From: an uncultured Natronomonas sp.
Lineage (GTDB): Archaea; Halobacteriota; Halobacteria; Halobacteriales; Haloarculaceae
Assembly (NCBI GenBank): GCA_964609565.1
Contig: CAZSSY010000003.1
Location: 11,519-75,518, forward strand
Reading direction: 5' to 3'
Length of the DNA: 64,000 bases
Made by a program: the position numbers and the translations under genes. Under the pieces are notes generated by a model, which was not told the DNA's origin, ran no database searches, and saw only the letters and a program-made list of their open reading frames with translations. Shown here piece after piece: positions 19,504-29,807 of this stretch; the first letter of the stretch is position 1, and the number at the start of each line of letters is the position of its first letter.

Positions 19504-20712
19504 CTACACGAGGACTTCTACCGTGTAATTGGCTGCGTCCAATGCCGCAAGGAGTTCATCAACGTGGTCATCGCCGCGGGTTTCGAGGTCAAGTTCGACT
19601 TCGGCAGCGTTCATCGCGATGTCTTTGGATGCGCGGTCATGTTCGATAGCATGAATGTTCGTCCGATGCTCCGCCAAGAGTTCCACGAGTTCATGGAGGG
19701 CTCCCGGGCGATCTTTGAGGACGGTACGAATCCGGAGAAACCGACCTCGTTCGACCAGCCCTCGGGTGATCACGGTTTTGAGGACATTGAGATCGATGTT
19801 GCCGCCAGAAATCACGGTGACGAGGACCTCATCTTGCTCAAAACTGAATTTATTTTCAAGCACCGCAGCAAGCGCGACGGCACCGGCACCCTCGACAAGA
19901 GTTTTTGTTCGTTCAAGTAACGCGGTCACCGTGTTCGCGATTTCGGGATCTGTCACGGTCACAACTTCATCGACGGTGTCGCGAATGATGTCGAAGGTCT
20001 GTTCCCCGACGGCGTGGGTTGCGATTCCATCGGCAATCGTATCGACAGTTGATCGGTGGATACGTTCGCCCTTCTGCAGTGATTCTGCAACGCTCGATGC
20101 CCCCTCAGCTTGCACCCCGATGACTCGCGTATCGGTCTTTCCTTTCAACGCGGTTGCAATCCCAGAAATGAGGCCGCCACCGCCGATGGGGACAACCACG
20201 GAGTCGACATCCGGGCATTGATTGAGGATCTCAAGCCCGATTGTGCCTTGGCCTGCAATGACATCTGGGTCATCAAATGCGTGGACGTAGGCCCGGTTGG
20301 TTTCTTCTTCAATTTCGTGTGCCCGTTCCGTTGCGGCATCGTAATCAGCGCCATAGAGGACAACATTTGCTCCATATTCGCGTGTGGCGTTGATTTTTGA
20401 GATCGGGGCATATTCCGGCATGACAATTGTGGCATCTACTCCGGCGCGAGTCGCGGCGAGGGCGACACCTTGGGCGTGATTTCCTGCACTGGCAGTCACC
20501 ACGCCTGCGTCTCGTTCGCTCGAAGTTAACTGTGCGATTTTGTTCGAGGCACCACGGATTTTGAATGAGCCGGTCCGTTGGAAATTCTCCAGTTTCAGGT
20601 GTACGGCTGCGCCGGTCAGATCGGAGAACGTGTTAGAATATTCAAGCGGGGTGCCCCGTGCAGACTGTGCAACGCGGTCACGAGCAGCAGTAATATCCGC
20701 CAGGTCAGGCAT
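19504..20712 (-). CDS. ilvA: Threonine ammonia-lyase with C-terminal ACT domain
   Basis: KLENFQRTGSFKIRGA (PLP lysine), SAGNHAQG, PIGGGGLISG, SGGN, ACT motif DRPGAL. Confidence 0.95.
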   Translation of the reverse strand: MPDLADITAARDRVAQSARGTPLEYSNTFSDLTGAAVHLKLENFQRTGSFKIRGASNKIAQLTSSERDAGVVTASAGNHAQGVALAATRAGVDATIVMPEYAPISKINATREYGANVVLYGADYDAATERAHEIEEETNRAYVHAFDDPDVIAGQGTIGLEILNQCPDVDSVVVPIGGGGLISGIATALKGKTDTRVIGVQAEGASSVAESLQKGERIHRSTVDTIADGIATHAVGEQTFDIIRDTVDEVVTVTDPEIANTVTALLERTKTLVEGAGAVALAAVLENKFSFEQDEVLVTVISGGNIDLNVLKTVITRGLVERGRFLRIRTVLKDRPGALHELVELLAEHRTNIHAIEHDRASKDIAMNAAEVELDLETRGDDHVDELLAALDAANYTVEVLV

Positions 20713-21010
20713 ATCCGGATTAATGCGGGCTGGATGGTATGCCTTCTGGGCCTGGTGCTGTGCGGGAGGTAGTTCTGCCCTCGCGTGCTTCGGCTGGCTT
20801 GTGATGGATTGCACAAGAGGGGAAGAAGCGTGTGCACCGGAAACGGGGCCGTATATATCTTAAAGCCGAGCCATGCAGACTGGAAGTAAAACCGGGGGAC
20901 GTTGGGGTGATGAATCAACCGTCAGACGGCTGTTCGACAGGCAGCAGACCGCTGACTACCGCCACGTGACAGCACTATCTCTTGGAGAAAACGGTCCTCG
21001 TTGAACCGGT

Positions 21011-21421
21011 TCAATTGATCGGGATATCGTGGCCATCCGCCGCCTCAACTTTCGGGAGATGGACCGTTAATACACCGTTGGTGTATTGGGCTTCAGTCCC
21101 GTCTTCATCGACAGGTTCGGGAAGCCGGATTGATCGGCTAACTGACCGCTCTGTCCGTTCTTGCCGGATGAATTGCTCGTCGTCTTCCGTAGCGCGGGTC
21201 TCCCCCTGTTCTGCAGCAATCGTGAGCGTTTCCCGGGCTAACTCAACGTCAATACTCTCTCGATCGAACCCCGGTAAATCAGCCGTCACCACATACTCAT
21301 CTCCGGCATCTCGGATATCAACTGCCATTGATCCAGACAAGAACTCATCATTGAATGGTTCGATTTGTCGACTCATCTGGTCGAACATTCGCTCAATTTC
21401 ATCGAACGGATTTCGTGCCAT
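21011..21421 (-). CDS. hsp20: Hsp20/alpha-crystallin small heat-shock protein
   Basis: RNPFDEIERMF, ADLPG, RSIRLPEPVD..AQYTNGVLTVHLPK. Confidence 0.95.
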   Translation of the reverse strand: MARNPFDEIERMFDQMSRQIEPFNDEFLSGSMAVDIRDAGDEYVVTADLPGFDRESIDVELARETLTIAAEQGETRATEDDEQFIRQERTERSVSRSIRLPEPVDEDGTEAQYTNGVLTVHLPKVEAADGHDIPIN

Positions 21422-21610
21422 ATCAGTAAACACTGAGGGTCTGAGAAAGGAAAAAGATTCCCGCACCATAACTTATCCACGACAACGTGCACGTTATTAG
21501 AGAAGGGACCCGCAGCTCCTGCTGATGGTTCCCTACGCCCCACGCCGTGAATCTTTTGTCGAAACTGCAAAACCGGTCACGAATCGGAGGTCGTGGGTGG
21601 TGAGCAGTGC

Positions 21611-21844
21611 CTAACTCTGTTCGCGTTGCCAAATATAGACGGCAAGCGCGAGAAACCCGCCAAAAAATGTCAAGAACGTTAATCCACCTGTGGCCAACGC
21701 CCACAACGCGGCGTTTTCATCGCCCCGCTGTTCAGCGTCATTGTAGACCCAATAGGCCAACACGAACGGAAGTATCACGAAAAACACGCCAAGGATACCA
21801 ACAATCAGGAGTTCAGGTCCGCCGGGAAGTTGGAGGGGAATCAT
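21611..21844 (-). CDS. Small membrane protein (PLDc_N-like)
   Basis: PGGPELL start, TM helix, WVYNDAEQRG..ALW, second TM ending VYIWQRE. Confidence 0.75.
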   Translation of the reverse strand: MIPLQLPGGPELLIVGILGVFFVILPFVLAYWVYNDAEQRGDENAALWALATGGLTFLTFFGGFLALAVYIWQREQS

Positions 21845-22012
21845 GCTATTACCAACGTACAAATCCCTCAAAAATAATTTGGAATCTCCTGCGTCTCAGA
21901 CCACCGACGGCGACTCAGCGTTCTCCGTCGCGTGGGAAAGAACCATCCACGGACATTCGGATGCAATTAGTGTCATACGCCAGTACCGAGATAGATACCT
22001 GGTAGTCCTCCG

Positions 22013-22870
22013 TTAGAGGTCGCTCGCTTCAAAGCGAAGATATCCCACTGCAAGCGGAAGGATTATCCACATCGCCATTACGATAAACCCGAACCAGTCT
22101 TCCGCATAAATGGGCGCGTCTGCCGCTGCTTGCTGGGCCTCTTCACTTTCATCGATAAGTCGAATCGTCCAAAGCGTGGCTTGTTGGTATGCGGTCGTCG
22201 GATCAAGCACGATGAGAAAATCGAAGAGATTCAAGAGCCGATCGGGAACCTCCTCGTAGGAAAATCCATTCAGGACATAGACCACTCCTTGTGATAAGAT
22301 CCGCCAGAGAAACTGGAAGATGATGAATAACCCGAAGGCGCCATAGGCAGCCCGGCTGGTTGAGGCGGTGAATGCAGAGATCCCAACGGTGATGGCGACG
22401 AACACGAATGCAAACAGGAGAGAGACGCCGACGAACGTGAGATATTCTGTCAACGAGAACGCGTCGGCCAGCGCGGCTGTGACCACAAGGCCGATCGCGA
22501 ATCCGACAATGAGTGCGACGGTGACGACGCCGGACCGCCCGAGGAACTTGCCCGCAACGACGTCAGCACGGCTATTTGGTAGTGATAACAGCATTTTGAG
22601 GCTCCCGCTTTGTCGCTCCCCTGCCAACGAGCGGTACGCGACGGCAATGGCGACGATTGGGATGAAGACCGCGGTTGCTTGGACCAGCCCGATGATGAGG
22701 AGGAGTGTGGTGACTTCACCGGTGAACTGGGCTTGTTGCGGCGGATCTAATTCAGTGACCACGTACGCTGCTCCGCCAGCAAACAACGCGAACAGGAGAG
22801 CCAATACGATGAGGAGCCGAGATCGGATGGCGTCCCGGAAATCTTTCTCCGCGACAGCGAGAACACTCAT
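22013..22870 (-). CDS. ABC-2 type transporter permease
   Basis: AEKDFRDAIRSR, LAGERQSGSLKMLLSLP..R.DVVAGKFLGR, about 6 TM segments. Confidence 0.92.
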   Translation of the reverse strand: MSVLAVAEKDFRDAIRSRLLIVLALLFALFAGGAAYVVTELDPPQQAQFTGEVTTLLLIIGLVQATAVFIPIVAIAVAYRSLAGERQSGSLKMLLSLPNSRADVVAGKFLGRSGVVTVALIVGFAIGLVVTAALADAFSLTEYLTFVGVSLLFAFVFVAITVGISAFTASTSRAAYGAFGLFIIFQFLWRILSQGVVYVLNGFSYEEVPDRLLNLFDFLIVLDPTTAYQQATLWTIRLIDESEEAQQAAADAPIYAEDWFGFIVMAMWIILPLAVGYLRFEASDL

Positions 22871-23775
22871 GCCTCACCCTCCGTGTAGGCAGCAAAGAGA
22901 TCCTCCAATGGGGCTTCTTCGGTCGTAAAGTCAGTGACATTCGCGCCAGCGTCCTCAATTTCACCGACGACATCCATCTTAGTTTCACTGTCACACGCCA
23001 CGCGGAACAACGTACCGTCCACGGTGACATCGGAAACACCATCTAACGCCCGCACTCGGTTTGCTGCCTCATCCGGTACGCGGTCCACTTCGACAATCAG
23101 CGTCGACCCACCCCCGACATTCTCACGGAGGCCCTGAATTGTGTCCACCGCAACGAGCTCGCCGTTTCGGATGATGCCGACGCGGTCACAGACGGCCTCA
23201 ACTTGACCGAGAATATGACTTGAGAAGAAGACGGTGACTCCGTCAGCCGCCTCTTGTTTGACGATCGATCGAAGCTCCCGAGCACCATTTGGATCGAGTC
23301 CGGTTGAGGGTTCATCAAGAACTAAGAGATCCGGATCGCCGACGAGCGCCATCGCGAGCGCCAACCGTTGCCGCATTCCAGAGGAGAATCCGGCCGTCTT
23401 CCGGTCGATGGCCTCTTCCAGTCCGACCCGTTCAAGGAGAGGAAATGGCGTTTCATCAGCGTCTTTTGAATCGATGGCGAACTGGAGATGTTCCCGGGCG
23501 GTCAGGCGGTCATAGAGAGCGTAGCCTTCCGGGAGGACACCAGTACGCTCTCGAATCGCGACACTCCCATCACGGACCTCGTTACCTAGCACGCGGGCAG
23601 TCCCGGCGTCTGGCCGAACAAAATCTAGCAGGATATTGATCGTCGTTGACTTGCCGGCACCGTTTGGCCCGAGGAACCCGAAGATTTCACCTTCTTCAAT
23701 ACTGAGGTCGACACCGCGTAACGCCTGTACGTCGCCGAATGCCTTCTGGACATCATCTAACTCGATAGCGACCAT
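22867..23775 (-). CDS. ABC transporter ATP-binding protein
   Basis: GPNGAGKST, FSSGM signature, LVLDEP, SSH. Confidence 0.96.
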   Translation of the reverse strand: MVAIELDDVQKAFGDVQALRGVDLSIEEGEIFGFLGPNGAGKSTTINILLDFVRPDAGTARVLGNEVRDGSVAIRERTGVLPEGYALYDRLTAREHLQFAIDSKDADETPFPLLERVGLEEAIDRKTAGFSSGMRQRLALAMALVGDPDLLVLDEPSTGLDPNGARELRSIVKQEAADGVTVFFSSHILGQVEAVCDRVGIIRNGELVAVDTIQGLRENVGGGSTLIVEVDRVPDEAANRVRALDGVSDVTVDGTLFRVACDSETKMDVVGEIEDAGANVTDFTTEEAPLEDLFAAYTEGEA

Positions 23776-23833
23776 TGTTCAGTCGGCGATTCAGCGGCCT
23801 TCAATAAAGGCCTTAAGGCTCTGGTCAACCGCC

Positions 23834-24097
23834 TTAAATTGAGCTATCCGGTTCGTAATTCGCCCGGACTCGCTCCACCTCAGCACTGTATCGGCTCCGA
23901 GTTTCCTCATCATCGACCGGTTGCAAGGCATCGGTATCGACCTCAATTGCGGCTGTCACCGTGGTCTGATGGAGCATCGTTGATGATATCTCTTTCCGCA
24001 GGTGGTGGGTGCCATCGGGTGTCGCATAGATGAGGACAATCAAATCTCGGTCGGTGTACGTTCGTTCAACTAGCCAGACTCGCATCAGTTCCGTCAT
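23834..24097 (-). CDS. Conserved haloarchaeal hypothetical protein
   Basis: RVWLVERTY..LIYATPDG..VTAA..V..L..VDD..RY..EVER pattern; acidic composition. Confidence 0.75.
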   Translation of the reverse strand: MTELMRVWLVERTYTDRDLIVLIYATPDGTHHLRKEISSTMLHQTTVTAAIEVDTDALQPVDDEETRSRYSAEVERVRANYEPDSSI

Positions 24098-24345
24098 CCG
24101 TACCGAGTGTGGACAGCCGGATGCATTGTACGTATCGCTCTCGAGATTACCGTTCGAGTTGGCGTCGCATAGACGACGGGTGAGGTGTCCCACCGAATGG
24201 TGCGATAGCCACACCAGTCCGCCTCCGTGGGTGGGTGTTTCTAGTCGTGTATCGCTGTTATGGTGGAATAGATCCAGGATCTTCCTCGCCTGGATCGGTG
24301 GTACTCGTCACGCTGATACGGTTTGACCACGATGGTGGATATACG

Positions 24346-26073
24346 ATGGACGCGGCGGCGGTACGGGACCGAGCAGACGACCTGCCCCGAGAGCCGGGCG
24401 TGTATTCATTTGAGGCCGGAGAAGATGTCCTCTATGTGGGGAAGGCAGTGGCTCTAGCAGATCGAGTCCGGACGTATGCAGACCCTCGGAGCGACCGGAT
24501 TCAACGGATGGTCACGACGACTGATCAGATTGATTTTGCTGTCACCGATACTGAGACACAGGCGCTGCTCTTGGAAGCGAGCCTGATCAAACGCCACCAG
24601 CCTCGCTATAACGTCCGGTTAAAAGATGACAAATCATATCCACTGGTCCAGTTGACGGATCATGACGCACCCCGTATCGAAGTGACGCGCGATCCAGATG
24701 ACGGGGCGATGGTTTACGGCCCGTTCACGAATAAAGGGCGAGTTGATGTTGTTGTCAAGGCGCTCAGAGAAACCTTTGGATTGCGGGGATGTTCGGACCA
24801 CAAATATGCGAATCGCGACCGGCCCTGTCTTGATCATGAAATCGGGTTGTGTTCGGCGCCATGTACCGGTGAAATCACCACTGATGCGTATCGGGAGCAT
24901 ACGTCTGCAGCTGTACGGTATCTAGAAGGTGAAACAGGGGTGTTGGCGGAACCGATCCGTGAGGCGATGGAGACAGCTGCAGGGAAGCAGGCGTTCGAAC
25001 GAGCTGCGTCCTTACGGGATCGCCTCGAAGCGGTCGAAGCATTCCATGAAGGGGACGGGGCGGCGGTGATTAACCAGGATGAAGAATATATTGACGTGTT
25101 GGGCGTCGCGCTTGAGGGTGATTCGGCAACAGTGGCTCGCCTTCATAGCGAAGACGGGAAGCTCGTCGACCGTACGAGATATGATGTGGATGCGCCAGCA
25201 GATGAAGACCGTGTCGCTGCGGTACTGGCCGCGTTTATCCCGCAGTTTTATGCGGATCGAGCGTTGCCGGATGCGATTCTGTTACCCGAACGACACGGGG
25301 ATGATGATGTCGACGCGTGGTTGGCCGCAGAAGGTGTCGCTGTCCGAGTCCCCGGGCAGGGCCGGGAGGCAACACTCGTCGAGTTGGCGATTAAGAATGC
25401 GCGACAACAACTGCGCACTACAGATGGCCCGCAAGCCCTTGGCCGCCGCCTCGACATGCCTCGACCGTCCCGAATCGAGGGGTTCGATGTAAGCCATGCC
25501 CACGGGAAAGCGGTTGTCGGGAGTAATGTCGCGTTCGACGATGGGTCGCCTGACAAGAGCAGTTATCGCCGGAAGAAACTCGCTGACACAAATGATGACT
25601 ATGAGAACATCCGCTCGCTCGTCACGTGGCGTGCTGTACGCTCGATTGAAGATCGTGACGATCGCGCTGACCCCGACCTGCTGGTGATCGATGGCGGGGA
25701 AGGCCAGCTCGGAGCCGCCCTTGATGCCCTTGATGAGACGGGCTGGGAAATCCCGGTCGTCGCGCTGGCGAAATCAGACGAGTTGGTCGTCACGCCGGAC
25801 GGTGTCTTTGACTGGGGGGATGGGCCGGCACTCCATCTGCTCCAACGCGTTCGCGATGAAGCCCATCGGTTTGCCGTCCAGTACCACCAAACCGTGCGGG
25901 ACGAGGTCTCAACGCCGTTAGACGATGTCACTGGCGTCGGCCCTGAATTACGGAACCGGCTCATCCGTCGATTTGGGAGCCTGACCGGTATTCGTGCCGC
26001 GTCAAAAGATGAACTGGCACGCGTCGACGGTATCGGAGAGACGACAGCCGACGCAATCGACCGCGCCTTATAA
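24346..26073 (+). CDS. uvrC: Excinuclease ABC subunit C
   Basis: GIY-YIG motif PGVY..LYVGKA, Cys cluster, UVR domain, [25 protein letters not shown], HhH2. Confidence 0.97.
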   Translation: MDAAAVRDRADDLPREPGVYSFEAGEDVLYVGKAVALADRVRTYADPRSDRIQRMVTTTDQIDFAVTDTETQALLLEASLIKRHQPRYNVRLKDDKSYPLVQLTDHDAPRIEVTRDPDDGAMVYGPFTNKGRVDVVVKALRETFGLRGCSDHKYANRDRPCLDHEIGLCSAPCTGEITTDAYREHTSAAVRYLEGETGVLAEPIREAMETAAGKQAFERAASLRDRLEAVEAFHEGDGAAVINQDEEYIDVLGVALEGDSATVARLHSEDGKLVDRTRYDVDAPADEDRVAAVLAAFIPQFYADRALPDAILLPERHGDDDVDAWLAAEGVAVRVPGQGREATLVELAIKNARQQLRTTDGPQALGRRLDMPRPSRIEGFDVSHAHGKAVVGSNVAFDDGSPDKSSYRRKKLADTNDDYENIRSLVTWRAVRSIEDRDDRADPDLLVIDGGEGQLGAALDALDETGWEIPVVALAKSDELVVTPDGVFDWGDGPALHLLQRVRDEAHRFAVQYHQTVRDEVSTPLDDVTGVGPELRNRLIRRFGSLTGIRAASKDELARVDGIGETTADAIDRAL

Positions 26074-26205
26074 CCAGTGGTCTCTCCACACCGATCCACC
26101 GGTTTGATCCGAGGGCCCGCCCGTGTCGGTATATGGCTAATTCCACCGGGGGTTCCACTCCGCTACTGTCGTCAGCGGCTTCGAGACACCGACGGGGTTG
26201 TGTGG

Positions 26206-27708
26206 TTATAGCCAGTCCAGAAATGTTCCTTCGATGAGGGTCTCGGATTGATTGTCGATATATTCAGCTTGCATCCCCCAGATAGCTTGGGGGAATGGCT
26301 CGCCCTGTTCGACACGTTCGGTGACCTGGTTGTGCTTCCACCGTGCGGGGGTTATCCGCCGGTCGACGCGTTCGCGGAGCGGTTGGATGTACCGGTTGGC
26401 TTCAGCTGCATCAAGCCCGCGGAGTTCAAGGCCATCCCGCGCCAGTTCCAGCAGTTCGGCGTACAGTTCCTCCGTGTCAGAGGTGTCAACGCCATCTACT
26501 GTAATCCACTGGAGGTCGGCATCTAACCCGTCCCTCACCGCTGCGTAGAAATTGTCACGGGCGATCTCCCAGGGTTGGTCGTAGACCGGGTGCTCTCGAC
26601 GCGGCAGGCTTTCGAGTAAGCCAGCGTACAACGCGAGCAATGCAATTGCGTCTCGGACGGTCGGTTGCCCAGGAAGTGGCCTGAATTCAATGCGGGCATT
26701 CGCCGCTTGTCGAGTTGGGCCATCGAAAACCGGGCGGACCCACCGCCAGAAACTCCCGTGTTTATGTCGGAAATGCGCAAATTGGTCGTCAAATCGCCCT
26801 CCTTCTTCGAAAATTGCAGGCACGACGGTTTCATCGTTCGCGATCCGTTCGAGCGCGTCATCTACAGAGGTGATATCCCGAGGGAAGGTGACTTTCTCCC
26901 CATCAGCTGGATTCAGCACCGACTCGAAGACCGGGATCCGGTTTTCCATCCATCCTTCGGCGAGAATTGTCTCCGGATCAGCTTCATAGAGGTCGGGTGG
27001 AAAAAACGGTGAGTTGACTGACATTGCGAGAAGCGGCCCGGCTATCCGCAACGCGTATCGAAAGTTCTCCGGGAGATCCTGTGCGTGTGGTACCTGATAG
27101 TGCGGTTGGATTGACGTGATGAGACTCTCCGGCATCACTGTATCTGCAGAGAGCGTGACGTGTGGAGCATCGAGCTGGAGTTCTGCAGCATAATCAGTGT
27201 TCGCCATTGAATGGTAGCGGACCGCTCCTGACATATTCGTCGCGATCCGGATTCCATCTTCTTCGACACTATCCGTCAAATACGCTGACGCTGTCTCGCC
27301 TACGGGCGGGACCGTCCACATACCATCACTGACCAACGCCATCCCTTCACGTGCCACTTCGATTTGCGCAGCGTCAAGCTTCGCTTGCACCTCTGCTTCT
27401 TGGGCCCGTAGTCCATATTCCGACAGCGGTTGTGGAGCAGTTTGTAACTCTGCGTTGTGGAGTCCTAGCTCTTTTTCGAATCCGATGTATTTGAGTAACC
27501 GACGTGGGACACGCATCAACGCGTCAGTTTCAGCATTCACAGCATAGAATTCGTATTCCAATCCCACGATCGCCTGTGGATTATCAAAAGTCCCGTCCTC
27601 GATTTCATCGCGGAGTGCTTCCACCTCTCCATTGACCCGTGACGCGAACGTTTCGCCATCGGTCGCCAACGCATCCTGCACTTGCCCTGCGAGCTTAGAG
27701 GCGGACAT
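26206..27708 (-). CDS. Long GCS2-family (glutamate-cysteine ligase-like) carboxylate-amine ligase, paralog A
   Basis: VGLEYEFY, KELGLHNAEL, TSIQPHYQV, GPLLAMSVNSPF, ENRIPVFE, HKHGSFWRWVRP, RIEFRPLPGQPT. Confidence 0.8.
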   Translation of the reverse strand: MSASKLAGQVQDALATDGETFASRVNGEVEALRDEIEDGTFDNPQAIVGLEYEFYAVNAETDALMRVPRRLLKYIGFEKELGLHNAELQTAPQPLSEYGLRAQEAEVQAKLDAAQIEVAREGMALVSDGMWTVPPVGETASAYLTDSVEEDGIRIATNMSGAVRYHSMANTDYAAELQLDAPHVTLSADTVMPESLITSIQPHYQVPHAQDLPENFRYALRIAGPLLAMSVNSPFFPPDLYEADPETILAEGWMENRIPVFESVLNPADGEKVTFPRDITSVDDALERIANDETVVPAIFEEGGRFDDQFAHFRHKHGSFWRWVRPVFDGPTRQAANARIEFRPLPGQPTVRDAIALLALYAGLLESLPRREHPVYDQPWEIARDNFYAAVRDGLDADLQWITVDGVDTSDTEELYAELLELARDGLELRGLDAAEANRYIQPLRERVDRRITPARWKHNQVTERVEQGEPFPQAIWGMQAEYIDNQSETLIEGTFLDWL

Positions 27709-28024
27709 ACCTCCACCTGTGTAGGGCTGCGGTTTGAATCGTATGGCTTCTATCCACAACACCCCCCTCCATCACATCCCATTCTTCTCCACCCTACACT
27801 CTCTGGTGGTCTGCCTCGTAATCCACCGCCGCAGTGAGGCAGCCATTGACCCGTCGGTGTCTGGATCTCCAGAGTTCGGGAGAACCGAGGGGAGATTGAG
27901 AAGCGCCGGACATGATCTCGATGTGGATGGATTCGTTCGAAGGGTGGTGGCTCCGTCAGCATTGTGGTCTGGCGACCGACTATAAACGGAAGCATAACAT
28001 CACCGAGCCCCTTACGCGGTCGCA

Positions 28025-29608
28025 ATGACTGGGGAGACGCTGGCAGAGTTAGTTCAACGGTCGCTCGCTGACCGGACCCTGCGTGAGTTTGAACAGCGGG
28101 TCGACGAGCAGGCCGCACACCTTCGTGAGGCGATTCAAGCGGGCGAGTTTGACAACGACGTGTTCACTGTTGGCCTTGAACTTGAGGCCTATGTCGTCGA
28201 CGAGAATGATCGGTTGGCGCAGGTCCCCGAGACCGTTTTTGAGACTCCTGGCTGCAACTACGAACTTGGACGTCACAATATCGAAATCAATACAACACCC
28301 AATGCGTTTGATACCCAGGGACTCGCCGCCCAAATCACCCAAACCCAGGACCGCGTAACCAGGACCAGGGAGCTGCTCCAAGAGTCTGGGCTCGACGTGG
28401 TGCTTGATGCGATGTGGACAATCCCACCGCCGTCGGGCACCCCCTCCTACCTCGGAGAAACTGATACCGAGAACGGTGTCAGTATCGCCGCAAACATGCG
28501 GCGGTCACCCCGGTATTGTGCTATCGATAACGAGATTCTCTCACAGGTCGATGGCACCGTTGAACTCGACCTCCCGGGTGTCCATCAGTCCTTTCCCTCT
28601 ATTCTCGTCGAGTCACTCACCTCCTCTATCCAACCTCACCTCCAAATCCCCGATTCCGAGCTGTTCCCCGCCTACTACGCCACCGGTATCAGAACACTCG
28701 GCCCGATACTCGCCTTAAGTACAAACTCTCCTTTTCTCCCAGTCGACCTCTACACAGATTCCACTCCTTCGGGGGAGCAGCCAAGTGACGCGGCGCCCGG
28801 CGGTGACTCCGATGAGTCACCATATGATCTCGTCGAGCGGACGTATCACGAACACCGAGTGTACGTGTTCGAACAGGCTATCAACACTGCTAGCGGGGAC
28901 GGGAAGGTCCGCTTTCCCCGTGACATCACCCGGACTAGCGACGTCGTCGATCGATTAGTTGACGATAGGACCTGTGCTCCATTCCTAAAAGAGTGGATCA
29001 GGTCTCCCGATACCATCGATGAATACGCCGATACAATCTGGGAACTCAACCACAAACGCGGGACATACTGGCGGTGGCTCAGGACGGTTATCGGGGGTGA
29101 AGCTCTCGCCGGGGCAACTGAACGATCGCTCCGCATCGAATACCGCCCACTCCCAACCCAGCCCTCAGTCACAGACATTATCGGGCTTCAATGTCTGGTT
29201 TCCGGTCTCATTCACGGCCTCGTCACTGCAGATCACCCCATCCAGACACTGGAATGGAAGGCAGCCCGGCAGTGTTTTTACGACGTAGTCGAAACGGGTC
29301 TCGATGCCGATCTGGCATGGGTAGATGCGAATGCCGATCGAATTTTTGACCCGCACCGTATCTTTGAGGAGATATTCGAGTATGCCCGACGCGGCCTCCA
29401 CGATCAAGGCCTCCCACCGGACGATATTGACAAATACCTTGCCCCCATTGAAGCTCGTTGGACTGACCGAATCACCCCAAGTCGATGGAAGAAACACGTG
29501 GTCACTGAATACCTCGATCGCGGCAAAACTCTTCAAGCAGCCATCACGGCGATGCAACACGACTATAACGACAAATCTCGGACTGGGACACCGTTCGTTG
29601 AGTGGTGA
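28025..29608 (+). CDS. Long GCS2-family carboxylate-amine ligase, paralog B
   Basis: VGLELEAY, YELGRHNIEI, SSIQPHLQI, GPILALSTNSPF, EHRVYVFE, HKRGTYWRWLR, RIEYRPLPTQPS. Confidence 0.8.
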   Translation: MTGETLAELVQRSLADRTLREFEQRVDEQAAHLREAIQAGEFDNDVFTVGLELEAYVVDENDRLAQVPETVFETPGCNYELGRHNIEINTTPNAFDTQGLAAQITQTQDRVTRTRELLQESGLDVVLDAMWTIPPPSGTPSYLGETDTENGVSIAANMRRSPRYCAIDNEILSQVDGTVELDLPGVHQSFPSILVESLTSSIQPHLQIPDSELFPAYYATGIRTLGPILALSTNSPFLPVDLYTDSTPSGEQPSDAAPGGDSDESPYDLVERTYHEHRVYVFEQAINTASGDGKVRFPRDITRTSDVVDRLVDDRTCAPFLKEWIRSPDTIDEYADTIWELNHKRGTYWRWLRTVIGGEALAGATERSLRIEYRPLPTQPSVTDIIGLQCLVSGLIHGLVTADHPIQTLEWKAARQCFYDVVETGLDADLAWVDANADRIFDPHRIFEEIFEYARRGLHDQGLPPDDIDKYLAPIEARWTDRITPSRWKKHVVTEYLDRGKTLQAAITAMQHDYNDKSRTGTPFVEW

Positions 29609-29807
29609 CCCCACCAGCTCCACCGCCCGTATACCCAGATATCACACCACCGCAGAGACACCTGGCACCGTGACTCCCCGCATAGAACTGTCGCCATGAC
29701 CTCCCATCATTCACGCACAGGTCCAACCGCTACCCCGCTACGCGAATGCCCGACGTCAATGGTGATACAGGTATAGCCTCCCTGAGAACCGGAGGGGGAT
29801 TTGAGCC

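Noticed and set aside
20810-20900. Degenerate ORB-like word TGCACCGGAAACGGGG next to AT-rich TATATATCTTAAA upstream of ilvA
   Set aside because: A single weak match with no inverted partner and no adjacent cdc6; insufficient to call an origin.
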